DNA of 63,552 nucleotides, counting the filler, from Chiloscyllium plagiosum (Eukaryota): the NCBI RefSeq assembly GCF_004010195.1. It is 4 parts of one record of this genome, joined end to end, with 100 filler letters (N's around TTAATTAATTAA, not from the genome) between each part and the next. Parts side by side here need not be neighbours in the genome. Positions count along the whole stretch, not along the records: positions 17,362 to 40,187 come from NC_057712.1; positions 40,288 to 57,160 come from NC_057712.1; 2 more parts are not named here. One strand, 5' to 3'. The translations under genes were made by a program, and so were the position numbers. How positions within the stretch are numbered: position 1 is the stretch's first letter; every line of letters begins with the position of its first letter. The notes below the pieces were generated by a model. That model was not told where the DNA came from, ran no database searches, and saw nothing but the letters and a program-made list of their open reading frames with translations. Shown here one piece after another: positions 37,458-50,812 of the stretch.

Positions 37458-38566
37458 GCTAAGAGCTAATCAGAAGAGCATTAAGTAATGAGAATGTCAA
37501 GAAGACAGCACATGCCCCAATGTGTAGGCAGAAACTGTACCTACAAACACAGAACACTGCAATTAATACCAGCCTAGCATGGTTTGAATGTTACATCTGG
37601 ATGTGGGCAGTTATAATGATCCCAAGAACCCATCCTCTCACTGAGTGGTAATATGAGGCTGAAAACACTGCGCTAATGGAAAAATTTTATTGCCGTAAAT
37701 ATGCAGGCCCAACTGAAGAGTATAAGAGCTGGATGTTGCTGCTATCGGAATAGTATGGTTATGCTACCAATAGAAGTTACAGCACAGGCCCATTCAACCA
37801 ATTGATTTCATCCATCTCTCAATAAACCAAGCAACCAGATTGTGTATGTATGCATTATAAATTATTTACACCAGTATTTTTACACTGGTATCAATTTGTA
37901 TGATACGTAAGTTAGGCTAGTGAAAGTATTACTTGTGGTGCAAATAAGTGGATATTGAGTCCTTGGTATCTATTAGGAAGTGGACCGGGAGAAGGGAATA
38001 GCCTACAATACCAAAGTCACAGGGAAATGAAGAATTTATAGGAATTCCAAAATATAAAGTGCAACCTGAGGAAAATGCCACCTTTGTAAATTGCTTTCCA
38101 TGAATAGCACATGGAAGATTAATAACAATGATCTCCTTTGGGCTGAGACAACTTCGGAGTTTGTTTTTGAGATCACACCAACCTACACAAACTTTGAGTT
38201 TGCAGTTGTGATTACTTTTTGGGCAAGAGCAAAACATAATCCAAATTGACAGCAATGTTTCAGTTTTATTGAATTTTTGAAAGTACATCTTGGATCAGAC
38301 TCTGTAATGTATAAACCTCGAGATTTTGGCATTAAAATATCTTTTAGTCGTCAGACATATTTCTTGTGAGATGATGCATTGTCCAATAAATAATAAATGA
38401 TTGATCATGTGATATTTTCCAGAGTAAAATGGGACATGTTCCTACTGATCATGGAACCTAAACCTCACGGCAGAATCTCTGAATTAAGGACAAGCAATTT
38501 AGGATAGATATGAGGATAAATTACCTCACACAAATTAGTGGCGTTTTTAAAAATTCAGATGTGGGA

Positions 38567-39215
38567 CATAGAACATAGAACAATACAGCACAGAACAGGC
38601 CCTTCGGCCCATGATGTTGTGCCGAACATTTGTCCTAGCTTAAGCACCCATCCATGTACCTATCCAATTGCCAATTAAAGTTCGCCAATTTGGATTCTGA
38701 CTCTGCCACTCCCACAGGCAGCGCATTCCATGCCCCCACCACTCTCTGGGTAAAGAACCTACCCCTGACATCTCCCCTATACCTTCCACCCTTCACCTTC
38801 AATTTATGTCCCCTTGTAACACTCTATTGTACCCGGGGAAAAAGTTTCTGATTGTCTACTCTATCTATTCCCCTGATCATCTTATACACCTCTATCAAGT
38901 CACCCCTCATCCTTCTCCATTCCAATGAGAAAAGGCCTAGCACGCTCAACCTATCCTCGTACGACCTATTCTCCATTCCAGGCAACATCCTGGTAAATCT
39001 TCTCTGCACCCTCTCCAAAGCTTCCACACCTTTCCTAAAGTGAGGCGACCAGAAATGCACACAGTACTCCAAATGTGGCCTAAACAAAGTCCTGTACAGT
39101 TGCAACATCACTTCACAACTCTTGAATTCAATCCCTCTGCTAATGAACGCTAATAAACCATAGGCCTTCTTACAAGCTCTATCCACCTGAGTGGCAACTT
39201 TCAAAGATAAATGGA
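38567..39215 (-). mobile_element. CR1 3' fragment
   Basis: ORF 38824-39204 LYRTLFRPHLEYCVHFWSP...RRMRGDLIEVYK; (catagaa)2 tail. Confidence 0.93.
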
Positions 39216-40022
39216 ATATAAACTACAGAAAGACATTTCATAGAAAAATATATCAAGGAACTGAGACCTTGAGTACAAGACCTATTAAAGGGTAGACAGA
39301 GTATGACAGAAGGGAAAACTGAGGGAGACAAATGGTTGTAGAGTGGTGAAGGTGCTGTTGCTCCTTGAATGGAGCTTTCATCCTGAGCTAGAAGTGGGTT
39401 GGGAAGCAGATGTGTTGGCAGTCTCTTATAATGGTCAGCATGCCACAATGTTGGCATGGTCGCGCCTCTGGCCTATTTCCAAAGAAGTGGTTTCTGGAAG
39501 GTCATGGCTTCTTGGCCACCAGTGAGAGTGACCAATTAAGGCCAATTTTCCTCCACTGCCTAGACATTGTTGTCCAGATGCAGGAGGGACCCCTGACATG
39601 TTTTGGAGTCCCTGGATAGAATTGTGGCATCCTCTGAGTATCAGGCTGGTGGTGGGGTGGGAGGGTGGGGGTGGCATGTTGCTGGTGGTGGAGCTGATAA
39701 TGAGACATGGCACAGGTCAGTGCCAGAGATACATCTGTGAAAAGTACAGCATAGATCTGTGGAGCTATGTGGTCCAGAACTGCAGGCCAGCAGAGAGGAC
39801 ATTATCCTTGTGCAGTGATGGCTCACCAGCTATGGCCAAAGTCTATTCAGTGGGTACATGTATCTTGAGGGCATTCTTCACCCATGTGGGAAGCACCTTC
39901 TGCCCTGACCATTGGTACTGCTGACCTCCCAGACCTTCAAAAGACTCATTGGCCCATCCCTGTAGAGTCCACACCAACAATTGAGTGTCTGCTCAATCTT
40001 CCCCAGCACCTGCTACAGTCGC

Positions 40023-40187
40023 ATCAGAGAATCCCTACAGTACAGAAGCAGGCCATTCAGCCCATCAAGTTTGCACCAACCCACTGAAAAGCATACTACT
40101 CAGAACCACTCCCCTACCTATCCCCTAACCCCTGATACATCCCTTAACACTGTGGAGGAACGTAGCATGGCCAATACACCTAACCTG
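40023..40187 (-). mobile_element. HE1 SINE 3' part
   Basis: agaatccctacagt...tagcatggccaatacacctaacctg; truncated by a gap. Confidence 0.85.
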
Positions 40188-40287
40188 NNNNNNNNNNNNN
40201 NNNNNNNNNNNNNNNNNNNNNNNNNNNNNNNTTAATTAATTAANNNNNNNNNNNNNNNNNNNNNNNNNNNNNNNNNNNNNNNNNNNN

Positions 40288-41555
40288 CTTGAGGACCTCC
40301 TTTTTAAATTTCTACCTAACTCTCTGTAATCTCCCTTCAGAGTCTCTACCTTTTCCCTTCCAATGTTGTTGGTTCTAATGTGGACAATGACCTCCTGCTG
40401 GCCCCTCTCCCCCGTGAGAACATTCTGCACCCTGTCTGAGACATCCTTGATCCTGGCACCAGGGAAACAACACACAATTTTGTTTTTTTTCTGCTGGCTA
40501 CAGAAACGTCTGTCTGTACCTCTGACTACAGAATCCCCTAACACAATTGATCTCTTGGAAGTCGACGTAGCCCTTGTTGCATTAGAGCCAGTCTCAATAC
40601 CAGAAATGTGGCTGTTTGTGCTACGTTCCCCTGAGAATCCATCACCCCCTACATTTTCCAAAACAGCATACCTGTTTGAAATGGGTATATCCACAAAAGA
40701 CTCCTGCCCTAGGTGCCGACCTCTCTCACCCTTCCTGGAGTTAACCCATCTCTGTGACTGTATCTGTGATTTTCCCCCCTTTCTATAACTGCCATCCATC
40801 ACATACTGTAGCTGTTGCAAATTCCTCACCGCTTCTATCTGTCTGTCCAACCAATCCACTCGATCTGATAAGATTCGCATTTATAGCAGATGTAATCCGC
40901 AGTAACCCTTAAACTCTCTTTAAACTCCCACATCTGACGAGAAGTACAGATCACTGCAAAGGCCATTTTTGCTCCTTCACAATCTACAGACCCAGAAAAT
41001 AACACCGTCTTATTCCTCTCCAAACACTGTCCCAGGTTAAATTAATAACTATGGCTTATATTTTAATCAAGAGACTTATCTCCAAAAACATATAATCAAG
41101 AAAGAATCCACTATACTCACTACTGCAGCCTTTCTCTTGGTCAGACTTAAAACAACAATTAACTTATCTGATTCTGTGATGTGAACTTCGCCCAACAGTT
41201 CCTGCAAGATTAGTTGTGAATTTCACTGTTTGTTAATTTTCCCAGATGCACTCCGATGTCCAGCGATACACAAATTCAAACAGCAAAGGCGGTAACTGTG
41301 CAGTCTCGCTCTCTCTTTCTCTCCTGCACTGTCCTCACCATGTGCTTCCTTTGCCTGTTCTTCTCCCACTGAAACTGCTGTTGTTTTGACTTTTTTTTTC
41401 CAAAGTTCCAATACAATGCAACAGCATATAAAACAGTAATTGCTGCTCTTGGGATTCGAGGAAATCACTTCCAATACCTAAAATACCTCAAAAAAAACGA
41501 GACGCTCTTACAGCCAGAAACGTTTCCCATCCTCCATCTCGGATTATCCAGAATC
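40288..41555 (-). mobile_element. CR1 5' end: 5' UTR and ORF1 (zinc finger, coiled coil, SGNH esterase-like domain)
   Basis: AVICTSRQMWE..DYICYKC, LSDRVDWLDRQIEAVR, IVLGDSVVRGTDRRFC, CCFPGARIKDV, IVHIRTNNIG; one frameshift near 40880. Confidence 0.9.
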
Positions 41556-41559
41556 TCTT

Positions 41560-43574
41560 TTGGATTGATTCATACTCTCAGCTTTCCACGTTCTTCTGCT
41601 GCTCCTATGCTGCTAATCCGTTCTGTAGGTATTCCCTGCATTTCCACTTCTATTTTGACTTTCTGGCTCAACTTGACGGCAGCTGAAACTTTCCTTGGCA
41701 GATGTTGAATTGTTCTTACAATATCTTTCATTTGGAGATGACATTCTCCTGGAAGATATCCTACCCCTGTGAATGTATCTTTGTTCTCTCCTAGGATGCG
41801 TTCCACTGTCAATGGCTTTTCGTGCTGCAGCATGTTGCAAAACTCTATTGCCATGTTAAGAGTTACCAGCTCAAGCTTTAGACTTACCCAGGGTGAGATG
41901 AGTGACGTTTGCTTGCCAACTGTCATCCGGAACTCCATATCCTTGTTCACGTTATTGCAATAGACTTGCAAAGGAATCTGTCGTCTCAGCATGAACTTGG
42001 TGCCATTATGCAGCCTTAACCATACTTCGGAGGGCTTCATTTTTAAATCATAATGTTGAGTCACTTTACACACGTCTGTGAAAATCATGGTGTTCCATGA
42101 CATGAAGGTGTCTATCTGATGTTTTATATTGATCTAACGTTCTTCTTCTGCAGCCTTCATTCTAATAGTCACAAACCATGTCTCACTTATCAACCTGACT
42201 GAACCAACCTGCTGTATGGTGCAAATCTTCAGCTGATATCTCACCAGTGGTCACCCCTACTTTCCTGTTATGCTTTTTAGTTAAATACTTGTTTGTCAAA
42301 TGATTCGATTTATCACACAAAGAACACTGCTTTCCCAATGCTGGACATGCCTTCTGCTCATTTGCATGAATATTCTGCAGTATTTGCCTTTGGTTATGAT
42401 AGTTCTTCCCAGTGTGCCTGGAGTATCTGTCAGTATAATGCAAGACCAGGTCTGTTCCTTCTCATGTTTGGTATTTCTGCACAGGTGAATTGCTTTCCTA
42501 AGTTCAAGTTTGTCTCCTGTCAGGAGGTGTGATTTCACTTTGTATCCATTACTCCTAATTAAAACCTGCATCTTATTAACACATGATTGATTCAGCAAAA
42601 TCACAGGTTTCTGCAAGCTGAGATAATAATGTTACATATCGATCAATGGCATCTATATCACTTTGTATTGAATATATTGTGCTGAATGTTGGAAAGTGAC
42701 TCATCAGAATCTTTAGCTGATATCTCTCCAGTGGTCATCTCTACTTTATTCTGCCATTGTTCAAGAAAGAATGGGCGGCACAGTGGCTCGGTGGTTAGCA
42801 CTGCTGCCTCACAGCACCAGGGAATCAGGTGTGTTTCCAGCTTTGGGTGACTGTCTGTGTGGAGTTGGCACATTCTCCCTGTGTCTGTGTGGGTTTACTC
42901 CATGTGCTCTGGTTTCCTCGCATAATCCAAACATGTGCACCTTAGGTGAATTGGTCATACTAAATCATCCCATAGTGTCCAGGGATGCATTAGTTAGGGG
43001 GAATGGGTCTGGGTGAGTTACTCTTTGAGGGTCAGTGTGGACCTGTTGGACCAAATGGCCTGTTTTCACAGTGCAGGGTTTCTATTGTTTACACATGACA
43101 TTCATTTAGGATTCAAAACATGCCTTCAAAGCATTTTCCTCCTGCTTATCAGAAAAAAAAACAAATTTTGAAAGTCTCTTCCCAACAGTGATGTTAGTAT
43201 AGCAACTTTTATTTGTTCTGGTTTGTTCAATAAGTCAGTTACTGTTGAATTATTCTGCCATCGTTCACAAAAGAATTAATAGTTTTGTATCATCTGCCCA
43301 ATCTTTTCAACAACAGCCAGTAGGGGAAAAGCCACAATTATTTCTGTAATGTTCTTTATTGTTTCTTTTTTCTGTGTTAGCATATTGCTCTACAGCTACA
43401 CTTATTGTTTCAGCCTACATTTTCACCTCTTCTGACACCATATTTTCAAAGAATAACCAGTAGTATGATCAACCCAAAAACTTTATTGAAGTGAAGCTTG
43501 AGACATTTGCCTCAGGGAGTGTGCCTCTGGGAGGAGGCCACATGATTATGGCAGAGTACGACAGTCTTTCCACA
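41560..43574 (-). mobile_element. Gypsy relic (gag, protease, start of RT) with PBS and probable short 5' LTR
   Basis: CPALGKQCSLCDKSNHLTNK (decayed knuckle) and DTFTGVGYLPGECH..IQHLPRKVS. PBS tggtgtcagaag at 43429-43440 is tRNA-Leu-like; the LTR-like 43441-43574 has minus-strand AATAAA. Confidence 0.7.
42773..43086 (+). mobile_element. HE1/V-type SINE
   Basis: gggcggcacagtggctcggtggttagcactgctgcctcacagc head, V-domain and CR1-like tail. Confidence 0.92.
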
Positions 43575-44469
43575 TGATTGTATTTAATCCAAACACTTCC
43601 TATTCTCCTTTCATAATTGTGTCCTTTATTTCTACTTGTGAGGAATCCAAAATTAGGTGGCATATATACAAAATAGTTAACAACAATTTTAACGATGAAT
43701 TCATGAAAAAGATCCTTTATTCAGAGATTACAGTGTGGAATCTGCTGTCAAATGGTGTAACTGAGATAATTGTTGCTAATGATTCAGAGCTTAAATCTTT
43801 AATAAAGATTTATCAATTTCTGCATTGGACACCTGGTGAAGAGTGAGGCCAACAGTGCAATTTCAGTCAGCTGAATTCACTATATCGGTCCTTCCTTCTC
43901 AACTTTCCCTTTCCCTTAAGGCGTGGTCACCTTGATGTTAAATTCACTCTGTACTTACTGAAAAATAGATTTACAAATTGTTGAAAGATTTTGGAATAAA
44001 TTTGGTAGAAATACTTTCAACTGGAATACATCGCCAAACTCCATTTCCTGAATGTTTAGATTTCTTTATTGCAATAAAGCCATGGAGATTTACAGCACAG
44101 CAGGAGGTTACTTAGCCCATCATGGCTGTTCTTTACACTTTGCTAGGCCAAATCAAAATTAATCCCATAGCCCCATGCTCTCATCAGTCTGTGTTTTACA
44201 CTGTTTCAAATATTTATCCAATTTTCTCATAGAAATGCAATGGTCTTGCCTGAACCATTCCATGTAATAAAGCATTCTATACTACTTATTCACTTTAGCA
44301 CAGGGGTCTCTATTTTATGAATGTCCAGCTTGCTAATATTGATACTTACGAACGTGATCCCACACATGTTTATAGAGTTAAAGACCTGGCACGTGAACAG
44401 TTCTTGAATTTACAAACAGCTGCTTTCCATTGTCCAGCATTATGCACTAACTTGCGGACCAGACATTCT

Positions 44470-45130
44470 AAATTAGTCTAGTCCCATTTGCCAGCACTTG
44501 GTCCATATCTCTCTAAACCCTTCCTATTCATATACCCATCCAGATGCCTTTTAAATGTTGTAATTGTACCAACCTCCACCACTTCTTTGGGCAGCTCATT
44601 CCATACACGTATCACCCTTTGATTGATAAGAATTGCCTCTTACGTTCCTTTTAAATCTTTCTCCTCTCAACTTAAACCTATGCGCTCTAGTTCTCCAGGG
44701 AAAAGACTTTGTCTATTTACCCTAAACATGCCCCTCATGACTTTATAAACTTCTATAATGTCACCCCTCAGCCTACAATGCTCCAGGGAAAACAGCCCCA
44801 GCCTATACAGCTTCTCCCTATAGCTCAAATCCTCCAACCCAGGCAACATCTTTGTAAATTTTTTCTGAACCTCTTCAAGTTTCACTACATTCTTCCGACA
44901 GGAGGGAGACCAGAATTGCACACAATATTCCAAAGGTGGCCTTACAAATGTCTTGCATAGCCACAACATGACTTCCCAACTTCTATACTCAATGTTGTGA
45001 CCAATAATGAAAAGTATACCAAACGCTTTCTCCACTATCCTATCTACCTGTGGCTCTACTTTCAGGGAGCTATGAACCTGCCCTCCAAGGTCTCTTTGTT
45101 TGGTAACCTTCCCCAGAATCTTACCATGAA
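44470..45130 (-). mobile_element. CR1 3' fragment
   Basis: ORF 44667-45143 RDLGGQVH..LEYCVQFWSP..RLRGDIIEVYK. Confidence 0.92.
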
Positions 45131-47449
45131 AAACATAATACAATATTTTCTCTTCTCCAGTGAAAATAATCTCAGTCTATCAAAATTATCGTCAAACTAT
45201 AGCTTCTCATCTCTGGCATTATGCTGTTTAAGTTTTATTACGTGCTCTAATGTTTCTTCTGTAATAAGATGCACAAAATCTGAAATAAATAACAAAGTCT
45301 AATACATTTATAACCCCTAACGAACAATGAGAGATTGCTTCACTGACAAGTAACAACATTTAATATTCAGTCATTATTGTATCCTGTTCTTCTAAATGTG
45401 ACCTAATCATCAATTTGTATAAATGTATCAACTTTTCTTGTACTTGAACTCTATATCCCTGTTTGTCTGGCTTTATCTATCAGGAATTTTCTACTGAGCT
45501 GTACACCAGTCTTAGTTTTCTATTCCCCCAAAGTGTTACCTCACACTTCTCCAAATTTGGCATCTATTATCTGTCTGTCCATCCACAATTGTCCACCAAA
45601 TTATTTAGTAGTCCCCTTCAATGTTGTGTTACTTTGAAATCATGAGCTTAAAGTGGAAGTACATGTGTTTGGATGCAGCTTGAGGGTTAAATTATGAATG
45701 TGTCAGAAAGCTCGATCTAACATGCTGACTTCTGCATTTCCCTGCAGTGAATTTGGCTGTTTGAGTGCAAATCCCTCGCGAAAGGCAAGCTACCTATTTC
45801 CATGTGCTAATCATTCAATTAAAGTGATATTTGTACAGTATAAATATTTCATTTCACATTGGGTATATAGGGTTTCTGGGCTTCCTGAAACTTATTAGTG
45901 AAACAAAGCAAGTACACAGCAGATATTGAGGGAGCTCAAGCAATCTCTAGCAAAGCTGCCAATAAACATTCTATACCCACAGCTGCTTTGGTACCTACTA
46001 ACAGGAAAGGGTTGTTCTTGGAAACTTTACTAGGAGGATACTTTGTCCAAATTAGAGGTTTACTCTAGTCGATTGGAATTGGTTTCATGGTGTTTTAGAT
46101 TGAATCTCAAGTGAGGACCAAGGTGATCAGTAGCAGTATCAATAACAGCATGGACTGCAGCTTGCCTTTCACTGATCTGTAGCTGCACAACAGAGAAGGA
46201 TGGCTATATGTGGGTTTGAAATGGTTCGTACAGTGTATTACATGCTATAATGATACCAAATGGGATTGTGGGCAGAACAGCTTAGACCCTTGGAGGAATA
46301 AGTTCTAACATCTGTTCCTTCCCAAAGTCCCTGTAAAACTGTCTATCATAACAATGTAACTTGTGACTCATTGCTCGCAAGCAATAAACTGTACGTTATT
46401 AACTTCAAGCTACTCTTCCAGTTAGACCAGGATGTGAGCTTCCTCTACAACACCAGTTCATGAGGCCCTGTAGATTCTGAAGAAAATTGTGGGTTGCAAC
46501 CTTAATCATGGACCTCATTTATAAATTACCTACTCCTACATGACAGCCAGCAACAGAGAAGAGCCAAAGATTTAGAAACGTACAGCAAGCCTCAACAAAA
46601 AATAATCACCAGTGAGTCATAAATGCATTTCAGACCTGGTAAGACACAAGCTCCAATAGTAGAATTAGCAATTCTTTGGAGTAGGAAAATGGGGAATTCC
46701 AAAGTTGAGCAGTGATCTGTGGGAACAGTCTGAGTTAGAGTTCACTGGTGAGGAAACAGATATTGGAGGTTCCATGAGTAATGCGTAAAATCCCTGTGAG
46801 CCAAGGGAAACTTTAAATAGCGTAGTATTCCATGGACAGACAAGCAACATAACTTGAGTATTGTTCCCATCATGAGCCATGACTCCATAAACAGAAATAA
46901 AGGGCCACCCAACATTAATCTGAGGTCCGGAGCCCAGGACATCCTGAAGCCAGTCATTCAAACACTAACATTGGCTAGATTAAAAACCTAAGCAGGCCAA
47001 CTTGCTAATGAGTCTTTATTCAGGCCGCAAAAAAGGTGAAAGTTCCTTCCCTAGAGCAGTGATCAAGGTAGAAATAATCAATTTAAACTGCAAGGAGCAG
47101 ATATCATTCAATAAGACCATGATTAAAATGGACATTGTTTACTAAAGCAGAAAAAAAGGCAGAAATAATTATTTTAACCATAAAAGGCAGGAATCCTCTG
47201 TTTCATCTGGGAAAGATGAGAATTCTCTATTTTTAGACTCAAGAAGGGAGGAATCTCCATTGTATATGCAAAACACAGAACAATCCTCCAGTATAGCAAC
47301 AAAGAGGAGCTATTACTGCAAAATAAAAGTAATTTAAGCAGAAATAGTACAAAATAACATTAGGAAGAAATGGCATCAGAAATAATATTGCTAGGGATAT
47401 CTATTTCTGTAAGTAGACTAAATAGAACATAGAACCAGATGTCTTGGGG

Positions 47450-49260
47450 AAAATAATTCTGAAGGTACAGAGTAGCTAAATTACAGACTAAACCAGAAGT
47501 TGAACATATGTATACATTTCTGGACACAAATAGAATTATACCTGATAACTTTATTGCTCACCAAGGGGTAAAAGAAGCAACTTTTGAACGGATAATGAAA
47601 ACCTTTGACAATTGTTTAGCTTTCAAACTAACAAAATTATTGAAAAAGTACATGTTAATAGAAGAACTCAGCATCAAGGAGAATACATAGATGATTTCTG
47701 AATGATAACTGCAGATTAATGGTGAAATGCAACTTTAGTGAATTTCACATCAGAATTCATAAGAGATAGGACTGTTATATTAATTGCTGATGGGTCTTTG
47801 TCAGATTTACTATACTCCAAAGAAAATCTGACTCAGGGAAACCAGAGAAAACCATTCAGATGGTGATTGAGGAGAATATCAGCCTTGGTACAGGATGTTT
47901 GCAGAGTCCATTCAATTTTTAAGATACAAAATAGTGAAGTAAATACATAAGAAATCAGTATAGTAATTAGAGCAGACATGAGGTACCAAAAATTCTTGTC
48001 AGTGCTGTGAAGCAAAGAAGCCTCACAGGTGCAGGTGATGCCCAACTATTAAAAGTGAATGTTTATCTGTCACACACCAGCTTACATTCAGAAAATGTGC
48101 AGAAATGGAACACAGTTTCTGAAAAGCAAGAAATCAAATGTCTAACCACATAAAGATATTAATGAGATAGAACAGTCTACAACAGAAGAAACAAGCTAAA
48201 GAACTCCTAGGGAAATTGGTCAGAATTTGGAAAACTCATATTTATGTCAATGGTCATCTCATTAGTTTCAAGTTAGTTACAGGGCAAGCGTCACAATTTA
48301 ATGATTAGTGACACATGGTTAAACAAACACTGTTTATAGCTGACTGCAATATAACTACATAGCCCAGGAAGCATAGAACTTTAAAAATTAAAGGTAAGCT
48401 ATAAGCAGCCTTCCAATATGCTAAGTAATAGAAAATCTATACACACTTCACCATCAATAATTCTCACTCTTGAGAAGGAAGGCATGTTTTGACATCAATC
48501 TTCATCAAATGGCAGAAGGAGATAAATTGTATAACATTAAGTAACTGCCTGTCATGGAAAAATGTGTGATAGGAACAGCGGGTCAAAAAACAATGGCTCA
48601 AAGAACAACCAGTAGAAGAGTTCACACATGTCCCCTAGGCTCATGGTGGAACCCAAACAAAAAGCAGACTCCACTGAAAATAATTATCTTAGCAAAACAA
48701 ACCTGCTTCATACTGTCAATGAGATAGGACCCTATGACTATGCTCAATACTCAACCAGTCAGAGTCTCCAGAATGCATGGACTGTATAATATTGTACAAA
48801 ATGAAATTCATACCCACAGCAGGAACAAAGCAAAGAAATAGAATTCTTCTTAGATGATTCAGAGAAGGCGAGAAGGTTGATAAGGGTAATACACTCTGGC
48901 TGCTTCCATTGCTTCCTTAACACAAAGTTCAGTTTGGTTGCACCAATGAATATGTCATCGTTAAATGCAGTAGACAGTCCATTGAATGAGAATTCAATCC
49001 ATCCACTAGGAACACTCAAACCAACTCATGAAGACCAGTCACTCTGTCAATATGCTTACATTGCCCCCCATCACGTCATGTCCTCATTTTCACCATCATT
49101 ATCTAACAAACATCAAGATATTCTTGTACTGGGCTATAGCATCTATGAGGGTCATACCAAAGAGTGCTCCTCACACAGGGGTAGACTCAGCCATCAGAAG
49201 ACAGCGCTACATGTGGGCTTCTCACTGAAAGGAGGGCTATCCCTGAGAAGTTAAAGCACT
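47450..49260 (+). mobile_element. Heavily decayed Gypsy gag/protease relic(s)
   Basis: TFERIMKTFDNCL (gag-like), FKLVTG/ASVT near 48265-48295 (decayed FKLDTGASVT) and VIHSGC..IHPLGTL in ORF 48877-49254. Confidence 0.45.
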
Positions 49261-49443
49261 TTGAGTAGAGACTCCAGTTTTGACTCAACTTTCATCATCA
49301 TCCTTGTAATGGCTCAATCACACTTCACTGGTACAATTGTGCCAGAGAACATTTTGGTGGGTACCAGTATAGCTCTGTAAGGTCAAAGTCAAGATATATT
49401 TAAAATGGACTCTGATGTTTAAATCTAGAATCTGTAACTGGTG

Positions 49444-49876
49444 TGATAATTTCTAATAATAGACCACAGGACACCTGAGAACAAATTTTCAATCTTTTAT
49501 TCAAAAATGCATGGGGAGAGAGTTCATTGCAAACTAGCTAGAATGAAAATTCTGCTGAATATAAGAACTTCATCAAGTTCTAACTTTGTCGCTACATAAT
49601 GATACAATAAACAGACGTCTCCAGTCCTCGGTATGTTCTTTCACCCAGACAAGAGTTGCTTATTCCTAGCTCAGGCTGGGTCTGTTTGCTTCAACTCTAG
49701 CCTGTTTATTCTACCCATACCTTCTATCTCATAACCAGCTAATACTTTCTGGTTCCCAAGGCCTTTCCTGCTATTCCTGGCTTTTATGGTGTATGAGGTT
49801 CATCTGACAATACCTGAACTTTTAATTTTACTGTGAACATAGTATTCCCTATTTAACCCTTGTAGTCTAATTATCA
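49444..49876 (-). repeat. Candidate old solo LTR
   Basis: Inverted termini TGATAATT...AATTATCA and minus-strand AATAAA near one end; no clear TSD. Confidence 0.3.
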
Positions 49877-50594
49877 GTAAGTGGTAGTGCAGACATGCAT
49901 GGACTCAATTGACAAGAGCTTATGTTGGTCCATAGCAATTGCCACACTATGCCAAGGAAGACAGTGATATCTTAAATGACCTGTTACACCAATCTCTCAT
50001 TCTCAAAGTGCATATTTTCAGTCTTTGGAATTGTGGTAATTTGAAGGCCTGTCAGTATGACATAGATTGCTCGCTGCCGTTTAATGATTCTGATTAATGA
50101 TGCCTCCCAGGATGTTTACATCCTGCTCCAGTTAAGCCGAACTCAGAGTATCCTAGACCTCCCAGAGTGGACTCTACACTAGCAGCTCTGTGTCTACCTC
50201 TGCTCTTACTGACTGTTGAGTGTGAGCGATCAGATGAAATTTCCACTCAAGTGTGAGTATCTGAGCTTAATTTGCAAAAGGACTGAGACAGTGGGCCCTT
50301 AGAGAGTGTGACCTTTTTAAAGAAGTCACATTTATCTTCCTGCAGGAGATTGCAAACCTTATTTGAGGATTATAGACATGAATTAGAACAGTCCAAGTAT
50401 TTAAATTGACCATACATATGACCATATTTCAGTACTCTTGAAACTGAGCTCACCACTTTATAGCTGTGACTGGGAGCTCCCTACTTCCCCATCTCCAATG
50501 GGTAGGGAAGTTCACAACTCCACTGACTTCCATTGTTTCCCACTCTGTGCTTGTCAGCTGCAACATGCTTTGAAGGCCCACACTGGTTCTCTGC

Positions 50595-50812
50595 TGAAAA
50601 TGTGTTGCTGGAAAAGCGCAGCAGGTCAGGCAGCATCCAGGGAACAGGAGAATCGACGTTTTGGGCATAAGCCCTTCTTCATTTTCCTGAAGAAGGGCTT
50701 ATGCCCGAAACGTCGATTCTCCTGTTCCCTGGATGCTGCCTGACCTGCTGCTCTTTTCCAGCAACACATTTTCAGCTCTGATCTCCAGCATCTGCAGACC
50801 TCACTTTCTCCT
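50595..50812. mobile_element. Family A palindromic mini insertion
   Basis: 89-bp inverted arms (50593-50681 / 50688-50776); 14-bp TSD cactggttctctgc (50581-50594, 50813-50826). Confidence 0.93.
50684..50718 (+). ncRNA. Minimal hammerhead ribozyme motif (family A)
   Basis: ttc CTGAAGA a GGGC ttat GCCC GAA ACGT C gatt; core intact. Confidence 0.72.

Noticed and set aside
37929..38288. 119-aa minus-strand ORF
   Set aside because: No recognisable domain or convincing splice structure; length is compatible with chance.
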